Origin: Raja brachyura
Lineage: Eukaryota
Assembly: GCA_963514005.1 (NCBI GenBank)
Contig: OY740781.1
Span: forward strand, 24,490,001-24,554,000
Direction: 5' to 3'
DNA length: 64,000 nt
This document shows positions 36,200 through 47,549 of the stretch, piece after piece; the stretch's first letter is position 1; the number at the start of each line of letters is the position of its first letter. The notes beneath the pieces were generated by a model that did no database searches, was not told where the DNA came from, and saw only the letters and a program-made list of their open reading frames with translations. The translations under genes and the position numbers were made by a program.

Positions 36200-37352
36200 G
36201 GGAAAGTCATCCTTCACCTCATGCCTGTGGCAGTCTGCCAGCTCCGAGATTGCGAAGCAGATTGGCTGGTCCCTTCCCCGGCGTCCGAATCAGGTACCCC
36301 GCCGGTAAGGAAAAATCCTCTTTCCTTGTTTGCCACCCGGCTTGATGAGGCCCATAGTTTTAGCATCCTCATGAAGCTCTTTAACTCGCTTGCCGAGATC
36401 TCCTCCAAATAAAAGATTGGGCGGTTGTATGCTGGGCAATTTACACAAAGATGCCAGATTGGGATTAATAACTGGCTGAATAGCACTTCGTCTAATATTG
36501 TTGATTTCAAAATAAGCACTACACAGAAGACCCAGTGCATCTTGTTGGGCTTCCGACATATGCCCCTCGTCTACTGTAATAACAAATGCCATGCTTTCAG
36601 CCCTGCTGAAAGTAATTTCAATACCTTTTGGAATGTTAATTCTTGGGCTCTTGCTGACACCCCCAACTGTGTCCATATGAAATGGTTTACCATAGGTGCC
36701 TTTAGTAAACCGCAATTGATAGGGGCTTCATACTTTTTAGCCGCCTCATCCATGGCCAATTCTTGCAGCTGGTGAGAGAGCATATATTGGATGGCTGATT
36801 CATCCCCAAATGGCTCTCCTGCCTCTCTTGGCACTGCAAATTTCTCTGCTATATTCGGGATAATTTCAAGTTCCACTCCCTTGTGGCTCTCCTCAGCCAC
36901 TGACTCGGTGTCAGTAAACTGCACCGGTATACCTCAACGGTTGGGTATTCTTGCAGCCCTATTATAGACGCTGCTAGCACAGGCTCTCCACTAGCCTGGC
37001 GTAGGCACCACTCCTCCTCATGGAGTGCATCCCTGTCGAGCATCTTCTGCAATAAGACCTCGACCTGGGAGAGCCGTGAGCAAGCGGTCTCTCCTTTTGA
37101 GGATAAAACCTCCAGGCCCGACTCTGGGTCCATGGGCCTATTTGATTTTACAGTAGCCTTATACCCTACCGGCGTGGCTATGCTGCTCACAGGCAGTGGG
37201 TCCAGTGTCGCTAGCTCCATTGCTGGCGTCGGACTTGATGTGCTAAGCGGGCCTCCGCTAACAATACTATCCTGGGCATCCACCCTTTTTGCTGCGGACC
37301 GCCTCGCCGACACCTTCTTCACTTTCTGTAACATTTTTAACGGTGTATGCAC
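36200..37352 (-). pseudogene. DIRS gag-like ORF1, frameshifted
   Basis: Position upstream of pol; fragments KYEAPINCGLLKAPMVNHFIW and INNIRRSAIQP..LLFGGDL resemble DIRS ORF1. Confidence 0.65.
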
Positions 37353-37734
37353 TACCGCTGAAACAGAAAATGAACTTACCTTGTGTTTTAAACTTACCGC
37401 TTGGAGGAGCTCTGCTGCTCCAACCGGCCGACTGCACCAATGCGTCTGACGTAATGACGCACCAACGGCTGTACGGCGTTCTTCACGTAGTCACTCACGT
37501 GACTCCGAAGTAAAATGAAGGAGCATTCCAAATCAGGATGTTTTACTGTTTGAAGGTGTTTCCATCACCATTGGTGCATGTAAACAGTATTTCCTCGATG
37601 TAAAAAGGACAGAGACTTGAGAGTGATTGATCCTTGGGCTTTTTTTCATCATTGTGGAAAATTGAGCCGATCGTTTTTTCTTTATAACAAATTCTTTACT
37701 CTGAACGTTGGCTGTAAGAAAATCTTATATACTG

Positions 37735-38870
37735 CAAGTCATGGAGCACCAAAAAAGGCCCTTCGACCCAACTCGCCCATGCCGGCCAGGATGCCCTATC
37801 CATTGTAGTCCCACCTACCTGTGTTTGGCCCATATCCCTCTAAACCCTTTATATCCATGTACCTGTCCAAATGTCTTATAAATGTTATAGTGCCTGCCTC
37901 AACTTCCTCGTCCAGCAGCTCGTTCCATGTACATACCACCCTCTCTGTGATAAAGTTGTTTAATAGTTGTCCTATTAAAGTTTTCCCCTCTCACCTTAAA
38001 CCGATATCCTCTGTTCTTGATTCCACTAATCTCGGTAAAAGCCTATGCATCTACCTTATCTATTCCCCTCATGATCTTATGCACCTCTCTAAGATAACCG
38101 CTCAGTGTCCTGTGCTCCAAGGAGTAAAGTTTTAGCCTGCCCTCTTCTCCCTAGAGCTCAGGCTTTCAAATCTTGGCAACAACCTCGTAAATCGTCTCTG
38201 CACTCGAGGTTAACAACATCCTTCATATAGTAATGCGACTAAAATTGAACACAATACTCCAAATATGGTCTCACCAACATCGTGTAACATACATCTGAGG
38301 AAGGGTCTCGACCTGAAATGTCACCCATTCCTTCTCTCCAGAGATGCTGCCTGTCCCGCTGAGTTACTCTAGCATTTTGTGTCTATCCCAATTCTATACC
38401 CTGACTGATAGCCAAATTACTGAAAGCCTTTTTGACCATCCTACCTACCTGTGATACCACTTTCAAAGAACTATGTACCTGTACTTCTAGATTCCTCTGC
38501 TCTACTAGACTCCCAGAGCCCTGCCATTCACTGTGAAGGTCCTGCCTTGGTCTGACTCCCCATAATGTAACACCTTGCACTTATCTGCATTAAACACCAT
38601 TAATTATTCATTCGCCCAACTGATCAAGATCCTGCAGTAATTTTTGATAACCATCTTTGCTATCTAGGATACCACCCACTTTAGTCTCATCTGCAAACTT
38701 ACTGATCACGTCTGCTGCATTTTCATTCAAATTGTTGATATAAACCACAAACAGCAATATGCAGCACCTAAGGTACATCACTAGTCACAGGCCTTCAGTT
38801 CAAAACACAACCTCCTGCCATCACACTCTTCTTCCTTCCAAGAAGCCAATTCTCTATCCAATGTGTGGCT
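37735..38870 (-). mobile_element. Older CR1-type LINE, interrupted by a Penelope pseudo-LTR (38295-38385)
   Basis: CR1 tail at ~37740-37850 and decayed RT (minus-strand FADETKVG). Confidence 0.7.
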
Positions 38871-39084
38871 TAGAGGAACAGTATGGCTACCTTCCTGAAA
38901 CAAAGTGCTGGATGAACTCAGCAGGTTAGGCAGCATCTCTGAAGAGCATGGATAAGTGACGTTATGACTGATTGTAATGGGGGGTGCGGGAAAATAAAGT
39001 TGGAAGAGAGGAGGGGCAGGACAATGACTGGCAGGTATCTGGTTACCTTCAAGGAGAGGCATTCAGGGGTGGGAAGAGGTATAG

Positions 39085-39385
39085 AGTTTTATTGTCTTTT
39101 CAGTCCTAGAGATACAGCATGGAAACAGGCCCTTCGGCCCACTGAGTCCATGCCGACCAGCACACTAACACTATCCTACACCAACTCGAGACAATTTACA
39201 ATTTTACCAAGCCAATTAGCCTTCAATCCTGTCTGTCTTTGAAGTGTGGGAGGAAACCAGAGAAAAACGACACAGGTCATGGGGCGAACGTACAATACTC
39301 CGTACAGACAGTACCTGTAGTTGGGATTGAACCCGGGTTACTGATGTGTAAAGCAGCAGCTCTACCACTGCGCCACCGTGCCACC
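39085..39385 (-). mobile_element. HE1-like tRNA SINE
   Basis: Reverse complement gives GGTGGCACGGTGGCGCAGTGGTAGAGC (A box) and GGGTTCAATCCC (B box), plus the SINE core and tail. Confidence 0.8.
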
Positions 39386-39593
39386 TTTGTTGTGCTTGTT
39401 GGATGTAATCACTTTATTAAAGTTCTATAATTGCTCCTTCGCTGGGGACTTTTGAAAGAGGCCTATCACTGCCATCCCTCAATATGGCTGGCACCAACAA
39501 ATGCACTGGCCTGCCTTGGGCATCTAGCAAGCCATCCATCCTTTGTCTGGAATTCAAAATGGACTTCCAGATCCACATCAGAGAACCTTGCAA

Positions 39594-40345
39594 TAATGTG
39601 GATAAATGTGAGGTTATCCACTTTGGTGGCAAGAACGGGAATGCAGATTATTATCTGCATGGTTTCAGGTTAGGAAAACAGGAAGTACAACGAGACCTGG
39701 GTGTCCGTGTACATCAGTCACTAAAAGTAAACATGCAGGTACAACAGACAGTGAAGAAAGATAATGGCATGTTGGCCTTCATAACTCGAGGAGTTGGGTA
39801 TAGGCGCAAAGAGGTCTTTCTGCAGTTGTACAGGGCCCCGGTGAGACCAGACCTGGAGTATTGTGTGGAGTTTTGGTCTCCTAATTTGATGAAGGGCATG
39901 CTTGTTATTGAGGGAGAGCAGCGTAGGTTCACAAGGTTAATTCCCGGGATGGCCGGACTGTCATATGATGAAAGAATGGAGCGACTGGACTTGTATTCAT
40001 TGGAATTTAGAAGCATGAGAGGGTTCTTATAGAAACATTTTAAATTATTAAGGGATTGGACATGCTAGATGCAGGAACCATGTTCCCGATGTTGGGGGAG
40101 TTCAGAACCAGGGGCCACTTTCTCACACAGAATTTGTGGAATTCTCTGCCTCAGAAGGCAGTGGAGACTGATTCACTGGATGCATTCAAAAGATAGTTAG
40201 ATAGAGCTCTTAGGGCTAGCAGAATCAAGGGGTATGCAGAGAAGGCAGGAACAGGGTACTAATTGTGGATGTTCAGCCATGATCACATTGAATGATGGTG
40301 CTGGCTCGAAGGGTCGAATGGCCTACTCCTGCACCAATTGTCTAC
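39594..40345 (+). mobile_element. CR1 LINE 3' portion
   Basis: NVDKCEVIHFG..RPDLEYC..LYSLEFR, then the tail. Confidence 0.9.
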
Positions 40346-40394
40346 GTATCTACATTATGTATGTAACCTGCTTAACGATGCTGTTCCTGCCATT

Positions 40395-41760
40395 CCTTGC
40401 ACGGGCAAAGAAATGGCAGATGGAGTTTAATCAAGTGTGAGGTGTTGCACTTTGGGAGTCAAATTGTAAGGGGAAAATATACAATCAATGGAAAGGCCGT
40501 TAACAACATTGATGTACAGTGGGATCGTGGGATCCAAGTCTATAACTTCCAAAAAGTGGCAACACAAGTAGATAGAGTGATCAAGAAGGTAGATGGTATG
40601 CTTGTCCTCATTGGTGGGGGCATGAGTCAGGAAGTCATGCTGCAGGTTTATAGGTCTTTGGTTAGGCTGCTTTTACAGTGTTGCATGCAGTTCTGGTTGC
40701 CCTATTACAGACGTATGTAATGAGCTGCCAGAGGAGATAGTTGAGGCATGTACTATAACAACATTTAAAAGACATTTATCTTTGAACAGGCACATGGATG
40801 GGAAAGATTTAGAGGGATATGGGCCAAATGTGGGATTAGCGTAGATGGGGCTTCTTGTTGGCGTGGGCAAGTTGGGCCGAAGGGCTTGTTTCCATGCTGT
40901 ACATCTCTGTATATCTCAGTGACTAACTCTAAATGGTCCAGCTGCTTTATAGCTGGATGTAGTTGTAGTTGAAGCAACATTTCCTCCCCTTCGGACACCA
41001 GGCTTCTAAACATTCTGTTAATTTCTTGATTAATTTTCCACTGAATTTTTGTCTCTTTAAATCCCTGCAATCTTCCACTCTTCCTATATCTTTACTTTTT
41101 AATTCACACTGAGATCTGTCTCTCTGTGGTTCACAATGGATGACTTCATACTTAATTGAGTTTTGCCATGGTTTCTCCAACTCACTTCATCTATCAGTGT
41201 CTCCTCACAATTTTATGCTTCTGTCTACCTTACTTTGAATATGACTAATCTTCGTTCATCAGCAAACTTGAATATATGGCTCCCAATTGTATTATCCAAA
41301 TCATTAATAAGTAAGTTGAATAGCTCAGAGACCAGCACTGATTCTTGCAGCCCACCACTAGACAATTGCTTCCAATGTAAACCTATTATCCCTGCTATCT
41401 GTTTTCTCCTGCCAAAGCAGGTCAATAATCTAGTTTCAATTCTAAAAGCATTCATTTTAGCTAACATTGTGATATATGCAAGCTTATCAAAAGCATTCTG
41501 AAGTCTAAAAAAAAAGATGTCAATATAGCACCCTTAACCACTTCAGCTAATTCTTCCTCAAGAGTTCAATTTGATTCACTGGATATGACCTGACCTCCAC
41601 AGCTTCAGTTCACTCTCTCTAATCAACTAAACTCACTGTCACTCTGCCCTTAATTATATTTCCAATAACCTTCCCGAAACAAATGATGGACTAACTGGTC
41701 TATAATTTCTTTCCTCCTTAATGGAGTTAAATTTGCAAGTTTCCAATCTAAAGATACAAC
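40395..41760. mobile_element. Old CR1/L2-like fragments in both orientations
   Basis: KCEVLHFG (+) and GLQESVL..INDLD..KFADE (-) remnants. Confidence 0.6.
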
Positions 41761-42234
41761 TTATTTTCAGATTGGCATTTAAGGGTCTTTTAGATAGGCA
41801 CATAGATACACAGAGAATGGAGGGATATGGAGCACGTGCAGGCAGAGGAGATTAATTTAACTTGGCCTCATGTTTGGCATTGACATTGAAGGCTAAAGAG
41901 CCTGTTCCTATGCTGTACTATTCAATGTTCTATTCTAGACAAATTTGAAAGACTATGACTAAAATATTAGCATTTTTTAATCTACCTTGGAAGCCCTGTG
42001 GTGGAAAATTTCAAGTTCAGGGCATTTGCCAATCTTGTGAGATTACTTTTTCTACTATTCAGCCTGACATTGACGTTAGTGACTTCCAGTTCTCGCCACA
42101 TGTTGCCGAACCATAAACTTATTAATAAAGGCAGCCTAAACTTGTCATTGGTTCATAAGTCCATAAATTATAGGCGTAGAATTAGAACATTCAGCCCATC
42201 AAGTTTATTCCGTCATTCAATCATGGCACATCAG

Positions 42235-44618
42235 AAGATAACTAAAATCGCAATACTGGGATAATAGATGAAATATGGAGGTAAGCTAGCCAATAATATA
42301 AAAGAGGGTAGCAAGTGTTTTTTCAGTTATATAAAGAGTAAGAAAGAGACAAGAGTGGACGTTGGACCGCTGGAGAATGATGCCGGAGAAGTGATAATGG
42401 GGAATAAAGAAATGACAAAGGAATTCAATATCTTTTTTGCATCAGTCTTCACAGTGGAAGACACCAGCAACATGCCTGAAATTCATGAGAGTCAGGGAGT
42501 GGAAGTTAGAGGAGTGGTTATTACAAAGGTGCATGGGAATTTGTAAGGTCTAAAGATGGATAAGTCACCTGGACCGGATGGATTGCACCATAGGGTTCTG
42601 AAAGAGGTAGCTTGAAGCAAATGAATCACAAGAGTGGTTGTGGTTCCAGACTATTAGAAAATTGCAAATATTACCCCACTGCACAGGATAGGAGCAAAGC
42701 AGAAGAGTGGAAACTATAGGCCGGTCAGTCTGACTTCAGTGGTTGGTAAGATTTTAGAGTCCATTATAAAGGATGCGATTACGGAGTACTCTCCCCGTTG
42801 GATTGCAACCTTGTCATGGTCGGGGAGCTTGTGTGTCTCAGTGACCCCTAGAGCTATGCCAGTGGGAGATTTGTCTCCTGTTAGGGTCTCCCATGCTGGA
42901 CAGGTCGAAGGGTAGAGGCGAGATGAAGGTCGATCCACCAGGTTGGAGGTTCAGCACAGGGCTAACAACCCTGTCTCGTAAAACAAATATGTTATGGAAA
43001 CAGCAACTGAAGGAATCAACACTACTGGGCGTGATGGACTTCCAGGGCTATCGACAAATGTTAGGATGAATGTCAATAACCAGACAGCATCCAAAGAATA
43101 GCCCTGCACTGGAAGGGCAAAGGAATAGAGGGAGACCCAAAACCACCTGGCAACGAACTGTAGAAGAGGAAATGAAAACAATGGACCTGACCTGGGGTAG
43201 TGTCCAGAAGCTAGCCCAGAACAGACAGGAGTGGAGGACCTTCGTTGCTGCCCTACATGCCAGGAGGCATAATAGGCAGTAAGTAACTAAGTACTTAGGG
43301 GCTTATGATAAAATCGGTCAAAGTCAGCATGGTTTTGTAAAGGGGAAATCTTTCTTAACAAATCTACTGGAATTATTTGAGGAAGTAGATAGCAGGACAG
43401 ACAAAGGAGAGTCAGTGGATGTTGCTTACTTAGATGTTTAGATTTTCAGAATGCCTTTGATAAGGGGCCGCACATGGCTGCTAAGGAAGATGAGAGCCGA
43501 TGGTATCAAAGGGAAGATACAAGCATGGATAGCAGGTTGGCTGGATGGCAGAAGGCAAAGAGTGGCAATTAAGGGTGCCACTCTGGTTGGCTGCCAGTGA
43601 CTAGCAGAGATCCGCAGGGGTCGCTGCTGGGGCCGCTACTCTTCATGTTGTATATTAATGATTTGGATGAGGAGATTGATGGCTTTGTGGCCACGTTTGC
43701 AGATGATGCAAAGATAGGTGAAGGGGCAGGTAGGGTAGAGAAAGCATGGACTCTGCAGAAGGACTTGGACATGTTGAGAGAGTGGGCAGAGAAGTGGCAG
43801 ATGGAATACACCGTAGCAAAGTATGGAGTCATGCATTTTGGTAGTAGGAATAAAGGCATAGACTATTTTCTAAATGGGGAGGGAATCCGGAGTTGCAAAG
43901 GGACTTGGGAGTGCTGGTGCAGGATTCCTAAAAAGTTAATTTGCAAGTAGATTCGGTAGTAAGGAAGGCAAACACAATGCTAGCATTTATTTCAAGATGA
44001 CCAGAATACAAAACCAGGGATGTAATGCTGAAGCTCTATTATATGCTGTTCAGGTTGCATTTGGAGAATTGTGAGCAATTGTGGCCTGCCCCATATCTGA
44101 GGAAAGATGTGCTGGCTTTGGAGAGGGTCCAGAGGAGGTTTACGAGAATGATCCCAGGAATGAGTTAACATATGATGAGCATTTGACGGCACTGGGCCTC
44201 TACTCGCTGGAGTTTAGAAGGATGAGGGGGACCTCATAGAAACTTACCAAATAGTGAAAGGCCTGAATGGAGTGAATGTTCGGAGAGGATGTTTCCACTA
44301 GTGGGGGAGACTAGGACCCGAGGCCATAGCCTCAGAATTAAAGGACATTCCTTTAGGAAGGAGATGAGGAGGAATTTGATCAGAGGGTGGTGAATCTGTG
44401 GAATTAATTGTCACAGAGGCAGTGGAAGTCAAGTCGATAGACATTTTTAAGGCAAAGATAGATAGATTCTTGATTAGTACAGGTGTCAGGGGTTATGGAG
44501 AGAAGGCAGGAGAATGAGGTTGGGAGGGAGAGATAGATCCACCATGATTGAATGGTGGATTAGACTTGATGGGCTGAATGGCCTAATTCTGCTACTATCA
44601 CTTATAAACATGAACTTA
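42235..44618 (+). mobile_element. CR1 LINE, long decayed ORF2 fragment
   Basis: FFSYIKSK, FFASVFT, PGPDGLH, NYRPVSLTSVVGK, PQGSLLGPLLF..FADDAK and the 3' tail; interrupted at 42791-43289. Confidence 0.9.
42791..43289 (+). mobile_element. Bipartite non-autonomous RTE-clade retroposon (5' UTR fused to ORF C-terminus)
   Basis: AGTACT TSD (42785-42790, 43290-43295) and (AAGT)n-like tail. RNRGRPKTTW..AQNRQEWR is the RTE C-terminus; the 5' part resembles RTE 5' UTRs (CCTTGTC.TGG..GAGCTATGCC..CCCATGC..GACAGGTC). Confidence 0.8.
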
Positions 44619-44808
44619 TACCAAGACAATTAACCTACAAACCTGTATGTCTTTGGAGTGTGGGAGGAAACCGAAGATCTTGGAGAAAACCCATGTAGGT
44701 CACGGGGAGAATGTACAAACTCTCTACAGCCAAGCAACCATAGTAAGGATTGAATTCAGGACTCTCATGCTGTAAGGCAGTAGCTCTACCGCTCTGCCAC
44801 AGTGCCAT
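44618..44808 (-). mobile_element. HE1-like tRNA SINE, 3'-truncated
   Basis: Reverse-strand A box and GAGTTTGTACATTCTCCCCGTGACC core. Confidence 0.75.
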
Positions 44809-46419
44809 TATATGGCAATGAATTCCACAGAATCACCAATCTCTGACTGAAGAAATTCCTCCTCATCTCCTTTCTAAGGTCCTCTAGACTTTCCTAGACT
44901 CTCACACTGAACAAAAGGAATATCTAATTCATCTTTCTCATTTTCTCATGTCTGGTAAGGGATCTTCAACCTGAAATGTTAAAGGGCCTGTCCCACTGCA
45001 CAGATGCAGCCTGACCTGCTTCCTGCATTTTCAGTATTTATTTCAAATTTCCAGCATCTGCATTTTGATATTTTTTTATGGTTCATTATTATTTATTTTT
45101 TATGGTTTCTTTATTAACAACATCTACTCAAAAATCGTTGTGTAGGAAAGAACTGAAGATGCTTGTTTAAATCGAAGGTAGATACAAAATGCTGGAGTAA
45201 CTCAGCGGGGCAGGCGGCATCTTTCATTATTTAAAAAAAACAACCTTAACTAGTCCTAGAAGTTTCTAAAGCAGGTAGAGGTACCCAGCCAAACACTATC
45301 CGTGTAATTTCTTGGAAACTGCGCTATTTAACTTCAAAGGTAGACACAAAAATGCGAGAGTAACTTCAATATGTCACTTTTTGTTCACATACGCAAACCC
45401 ATATTTTCCAATTAATAAAAAACCCTCAAATCTCAAAAAGTAATGCCTTCATTCAGATGCCCACAAAAGACTAAAAAAATATGCATTCATACAAAATTGA
45501 GATTACGAAAACGATTTAGAATAGTTGCTCGTTCTGGAGTCCAACTGGCTCGAAGTGCGCCCTCTTTTGGCCTTCCGCTCAGCTGTTTGAATTAGTCCGA
45601 GAAGACAACTTTTTGTCATTAGTGAAGATGGATGTTTGAGTAAGATCTTATAAATTCCTTACACCATGCATGTTATCTTAGAAGAGATGTCTCAACAGCC
45701 TCACTCGGGAAAGCAGACAAAGACAAATAATACATTGGGTTCGAAAGATATAATTTAAGGCATTAGACATTATAATAGAATGTTTGCATGTAGGAATATA
45801 AAGAGGCATATCGGCATCGTCAAACACGATGGGAATCTCGTGGGCTAAAGGTTTCTTAGTGATAAGAATTTTAAGTTTCAATTATTCGTATAGTGCCTTT
45901 ATCACGGTAAAACGCCCCCAAGGAATTCCACTGGGCCGCTATCGAACAACTTACGATAATGTTATGAAAGCAGGTATGAGGTTAGATAATCAAAAGTGTG
46001 GCCAAAGAAATAGACTTTGATTAGCGGCCAGAGAAACAGAATGAAAGGCGAGATTTTATCTTGCACTAAACGTTATTCCCTTTATTCTGTGTCTGTACAC
46101 TGCGATCGCCTTGATTGTAATCCTTCCGCCGACGGGATAGCACGCAACAAAACAAAACGTTTTTCACTGTACCTCGGTACCGGTAACAATAATAAACTAA
46201 GCTATAATAAACTAACGTCAACTAAAATATGTTTAAGGGAAGGGGCAACTAATGGTGGAGCGGTTGAAATCTGGAAAGTTACTCAAGAGACTAGACGGGA
46301 TGAAGGCGGTAAACTCAGAGGGTTGTGTGCTGAAAAAAGTTGGACATCCGAAAAGAGTGAGTGGCTGGCGGCTGACGATGCCTCAATAAAAGGAATTCGA
46401 TGGCGAATGGAGTAGAAAA

Positions 46420-46600
46420 GAAGGGTAGACACTAAATTATGGAGTAACTCAGCGGGACGGGCAGCATCTCTGGATAGAAGGAATGGGTGACGTTTCGGGT
46501 CGGGACCCTTCTTCAGACTGAGAGTCTGGGGAGAGGGAAACGAGAGATACAGAAGGGTAAGGTGTGAAAACGAGAGAACATAGGGGACTTGGATCAAGGA
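46420..46600 (-). mobile_element. Penelope pseudo-LTR
   Basis: Reverse complement of the repeat that follows the GIY-YIG fragment at 10300-10500. Confidence 0.75.
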
Positions 46601-47164
46601 GGGATTAAATTAATATCCACACATTGCTTGTCCAAGTGCCAGCGCGGGTCAGGACACACAGGTTGAGGACCAGGGACCCAGACTGAAGAATCAGCGGCGT
46701 GTCTGGAAAAGTGGGAAATCTCAAAATGTTCTCCCTCTCTTTTATTGCGAAAACTTCATCGTCATCTGCAGCCAGAACTTGTACTTTCGGTAAACAAAAG
46801 GAAGATGAAGATAAAGAGATACCGTGGCGAGAACTGGTTATATGGGGTGAAATAAATAGTTGCACTGAAATAAATGCTGCAGAGGGTGGAACATTAGCGA
46901 ATAGAACGGTAATTGGAGAAAAAAACGGAAAGGGAAGAGAAGGGGAGAGAAACAGATAGATAGCCGATACAAAACTTGAAGCAAAACCGTTCAAAAAAAT
47001 AAATCAACGAGAAGAGGTGGTAGGAAATGGTCGTGCGGACAACAAGACCATAAAACTAGCGGGAAGGTCTGGCGACGAGAGGGGAGTTAACAGATCTGTA
47101 CTTGCTGTAAAATAGATAAAAGATAGACACGAAGAGTTAGGAGTAACTCGGCGGGGCGCGTCAG

Positions 47165-47275
47165 GACTGAAGAAGAGTCCGACCCGAAACGTCACTCATA
47201 CGTTTTGTGCAGAGATGCTGCCTGACCCGCTGAGTTACTCCAGCACTTTGCGTCCATTTCCGGTGTAAACCAATT
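47165..47275 (+). mobile_element. Penelope pseudo-LTR fragment
   Basis: CTGAAGAAGAGTCCGACCCGAAACGTCAC..GAGTTACTCCAGC. Confidence 0.75.
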
Positions 47276-47511
47276 TCTAAACATTTAATGTACAACAGTT
47301 TTTTTTCCCCCCTAATTTCCCTTTCACGCCCCGATCTTAATTATCCGCCAAACTCTGCGACTCCAAGGCGCGGCAGTTGGAGGTGTTCCCCGAGGATCAT
47401 TGAGGCGGGAGCAAAGGAGATGAAGGAGTGATGAAGTGAGATCAAGGTGTAATACACAGAGCGACATCGAAGACACAAGCACAAAGTTTTCCGCTGAGAT
47501 GGAGGAGATTG

Positions 47512-47514
<3 letters not shown>

Positions 47515-47546
<32 letters not shown>
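47515..47546. repeat. (GA)n microsatellite
   Basis: Seen directly. Confidence 0.95.

Positions 47547-47549
<3 letters not shown>

Larger units (their letters stand above)
32722..37516 (-). mobile_element. DIRS1-type tyrosine-recombinase retrotransposon, near full length but disabled
   Basis: Inverted terminal repeats share TACGTGAAGAAC..TACAGCCGTTGGTGCGTCA. An internal complementary region lies at 32941-33050, and AAT occurs at both ends. Gag-like, RT/RNaseH/MT and YR ORFs are in DIRS order. Confidence 0.95.
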
